Source of the DNA: a virus
DNA length: 6,304 nt
Direction: 5' to 3' (one strand)
Virus record (IMG/VR): IMGVR_UViG_3300008807_000804
Coordinates: 1 to 6,304 of that record
In this document: positions 5,152-6,304 of the stretch, piece after piece
How positions within the stretch are numbered: position 1 is the first letter of the stretch
How the letters are laid out: the number at the start of each line of letters is the position of its first letter
Program-made: the position numbers and the translations under genes
The notes under the pieces: model-generated
What the model was told of the DNA's origin: nothing
Database searches by the model: none
Seen by the model: the letters and a program-made list of their open reading frames with translations, nothing else

Positions 5152-5235
5152 TTCATTCAGGCGCTAATCGGTCCAGCGCTTGGGCTGGTCGGGTCGCTCA
5201 TCGGCGGTTCGAAAAAGCAGACCACGACGTCCGAA

Positions 5236-5898
5236 GTGGACTATGTGAAGCTGCGCCAGAACGCGGAAGCGGCGGGCTTCAATCCGCTGACGGCGCTTCG
5301 TGCCGGTGGCGGAGCGGGGTTCACCACGACGCACCACCCTTCCCTCGCCTCTGGCGGGTTCATGGCCGATGCTCTGTCGAGTTTCGGCAACGCGATCGCG
5401 TCCATCGATCCGATGCGCGATGCAACCGCCAAGCTTGAATATCAGATCAAGCAAGAGACGCTGAAAAACATTCAGGCGGATACTGCCGCCCGCAAGCGGG
5501 CGTCTCTCGGCGGTGTGCCGGTTTCAACCGGCGCAAGGACGGTCGTTCGTGCTTCGCCGCTTCAAAGGGGCCTGCCCGCTTCTGCGGGACTGCCACAAAT
5601 GCCGACGGTCGAGACGCCTACGGTGACTAATCCGTGGCCTACTTCAAGTGGTTGGCCGGTCAATCCCGGTCTGCCGGATGCTGCGACGTATGAGCAACGT
5701 TACGGCGAGCCGGGGGACTGGATCGGCGGCGTTCTCACGTTCGGTGGTGACGTGGCGAATTGGCTATATCGGGGCCAACAGTATTTGAAGCGTCAAACCG
5801 ATGAGGCGCGCAAGAGACCGTATCGCGCGCCGCCTGATCCATATGATCGGAAGATGTATATCCCGCCAGCGTTGTACGGCGGACCTAGTTACCAATAG
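5236..5898 (+). CDS. Minor capsid / DNA pilot protein (gokushovirus VP2-like). The coordinates give the conservative canonical-start version (GTG 5236). The true N-terminus is probably near 5155
   Basis: The motif ...VKLRQNAEAAGFNPLTALRAGG... matches the conserved ..AAG(L/F)NP.LA.. signature of VP2 proteins. The frame is open back to 5152 and encodes the Gly-rich hydrophobic leader FIQALIGPALGLVGSLIGGSKKQ that is typical of VP2 N-termini, but with no ATG, GTG or TTG. The C-terminal half is Pro/Gly-rich. Confidence 0.75.
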   Translation: MDYVKLRQNAEAAGFNPLTALRAGGGAGFTTTHHPSLASGGFMADALSSFGNAIASIDPMRDATAKLEYQIKQETLKNIQADTAARKRASLGGVPVSTGARTVVRASPLQRGLPASAGLPQMPTVETPTVTNPWPTSSGWPVNPGLPDAATYEQRYGEPGDWIGGVLTFGGDVANWLYRGQQYLKRQTDEARKRPYRAPPDPYDRKMYIPPALYGGPSYQ

Positions 5899-5975
5899 GG
5901 CCGATCAAGCCCATTACTAGGATGATCAGGAAAAATACTGCAACGCCCCACATCCAAACTTGAAAGAGCAATTTC

Positions 5976-6068
5976 ATGGCTCGTTCCCTCAAAAAGCCCT
6001 GCGGCGCGTGTGCGCGGCGTCGGGCGAAACTACGCAAGTTTCTCAAACGGTTCAAGAAAGGAACCTGA
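5976..6068 (+). CDS. 30-aa hyper-basic mini-protein. Candidate DNA-binding/packaging protein (functional analogue of phiX174 J / gokushovirus VP8)
   Basis: ATG 5976 has AAAGAG (5963-5968) 7 nt upstream. It translates as MARSLKKPCGACARRRAKLRKFLKRFKKGT*, with 13 of 30 residues Arg/Lys and none acidic. The stop TGA 6066-6068 is 1 nt before the capsid ATG 6070, and its last codons carry the capsid SD. This is the same relative position as J before F in phiX174. It is below the length cutoff of the ORF track. Confidence 0.5.
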   Translation: MARSLKKPCGACARRRAKLRKFLKRFKKGT

Positions 6069-6069
6069 A

Positions 6070-6304
6070 ATGGCTTCAATGAACAGAACCTCCGTTCTTC
6101 CCATGGAGGTGCCTAAGACAAACCGCGTCGAAACTGCGCGCGGCATTACATCCCTGCCCGCTGGTAAGGCGGTCCCTATATACGCCACCGGCCTGCATCG
6201 CATGGATCGGATCGTGCAGGGGCCGCTTCGTTTCTCATTCGAACTGATGGAAACGGCGGACGTGCTCATGAACGCGGTGCGCGTGGACGTGAAAGCCTAT
6301 GTCG
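6070..6304 (+). CDS. Major capsid protein (Microviridae F/VP1 family), 5-prime part. Continues through the circular junction into 1..1520
   Basis: ATG 6070 is preceded by AAAGGA (6057-6062) at 7-nt spacing. It translates as MASMNRTSVLPMEVPKTNRVETARGITSLPAGKAVPIYATGLHRMDRIVQGPL... and runs off the window end with no stop. Base 6214 corresponds to base 9, and 6214-6070=144, so it is in frame with track ORF 9..1520. The track omits it because it has no stop codon within the window. Confidence 0.85.
   Translation, partial: MASMNRTSVLPMEVPKTNRVETARGITSLPAGKAVPIYATGLHRMDRIVQGPLRFSFELMETADVLMNAVRVDVKAYV
6206..6304. repeat. Terminal redundancy, copy 2 (assembly overlap of a circular molecule)
   Basis: Identical to 1-99. 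Confidence 0.95.

Larger units (their letters stand above)
1..6205 (+). mobile_element. Complete circular Microviridae (ssDNA phage) genome, unit length 6205 nt. The window is circularly permuted with a 99-nt overlap
   Basis: Bases 1-99 match 6206-6304 base for base. Gene content is an F/VP1-like capsid, an HUH Rep and a VP2-like pilot protein, all on one strand with overlapping stop/start codons. The size fits the upper range of the family. Confidence 0.88.

Noticed and set aside
5209-5218. AAAAAG run (tcg aaa aag) as a programmed -1 frameshift site in the pilot gene
   Set aside because: The preceding base is G, so it is not a full X-XXY-YYZ heptamer. No extended alternative frame or downstream stimulatory structure is evident.
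4913-5454. Minus-strand ORFs 4913..5137, 5164..5454 and 5241..5432
   Set aside because: They are antisense to ORF78 and the VP2-like gene. They are extremely Arg-rich and show no start-site signals.
6030-6269. 79-aa minus-strand ORF, and the TTG-initiated 64-aa version of the 5885..6079 ORF
   Set aside because: They are antisense to the capsid N-terminus and to the J-like ORF. Only the distal 30-aa hydrophobic part (5885..5977) has its own ATG and SD, and that part is reported separately as a low-confidence finding.

Overview
This window is one complete, circularly closed genome of a small ssDNA phage of the family Microviridae with a gokushovirus-like gene set. It is not a stretch of bacterial chromosome. 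Bases 1-99 are identical to 6206-6304, so the unit genome is 6205 nt. The window was opened inside the major capsid gene, which starts at ATG 6070, crosses the junction and stops at 1520 (551 aa). All convincing genes are on the + strand and are tightly packed, with ATGA, GTGA and TGAnATG junctions. In circular order they are:
- the major capsid protein;
- a 67-aa unknown;
- an acidic 210-aa unknown with a Gly/Ala-rich tail;
- an LAS/M15-type zinc peptidase (endolysin);
- an HUH, double-tyrosine rolling-circle Rep;
- a basic 90-aa ORF at the position of protein C/VP5;
- a roughly 370-nt non-coding region (GC-rich hairpins followed by an AT-rich block);
- a 78-aa moderately hydrophobic protein;
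- the VP2-like pilot/minor capsid protein;
- a 30-aa hyper-basic J-like ORF, absent from the ORF track, directly upstream of the capsid gene.
I saw no tRNA, rRNA, CRISPR array, integrase or transposase. The long minus-strand ORFs look like antisense artefacts of a GC-rich genome.
The observations most worth a second look are:
(a) The conserved Gly-rich N-terminus of the pilot protein has no canonical start codon. It sits in frame directly behind a TAG and a perfect Shine-Dalgarno sequence.
(b) A dif-like GCATAA-N6-TTATGC site lies in the AT-rich region of a phage that has no integrase.
(c) The J-like mini-ORF shares a CATG with a divergent antisense transmembrane mini-ORF.
(d) A muralytic M15 enzyme is present, which differs from the phiX174 single-gene lysis paradigm.
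(e) A perfect 15-bp GCAA-loop hairpin plus short direct repeats sits just upstream of rep.
All functional calls rest on motifs read by eye. No database search was possible.
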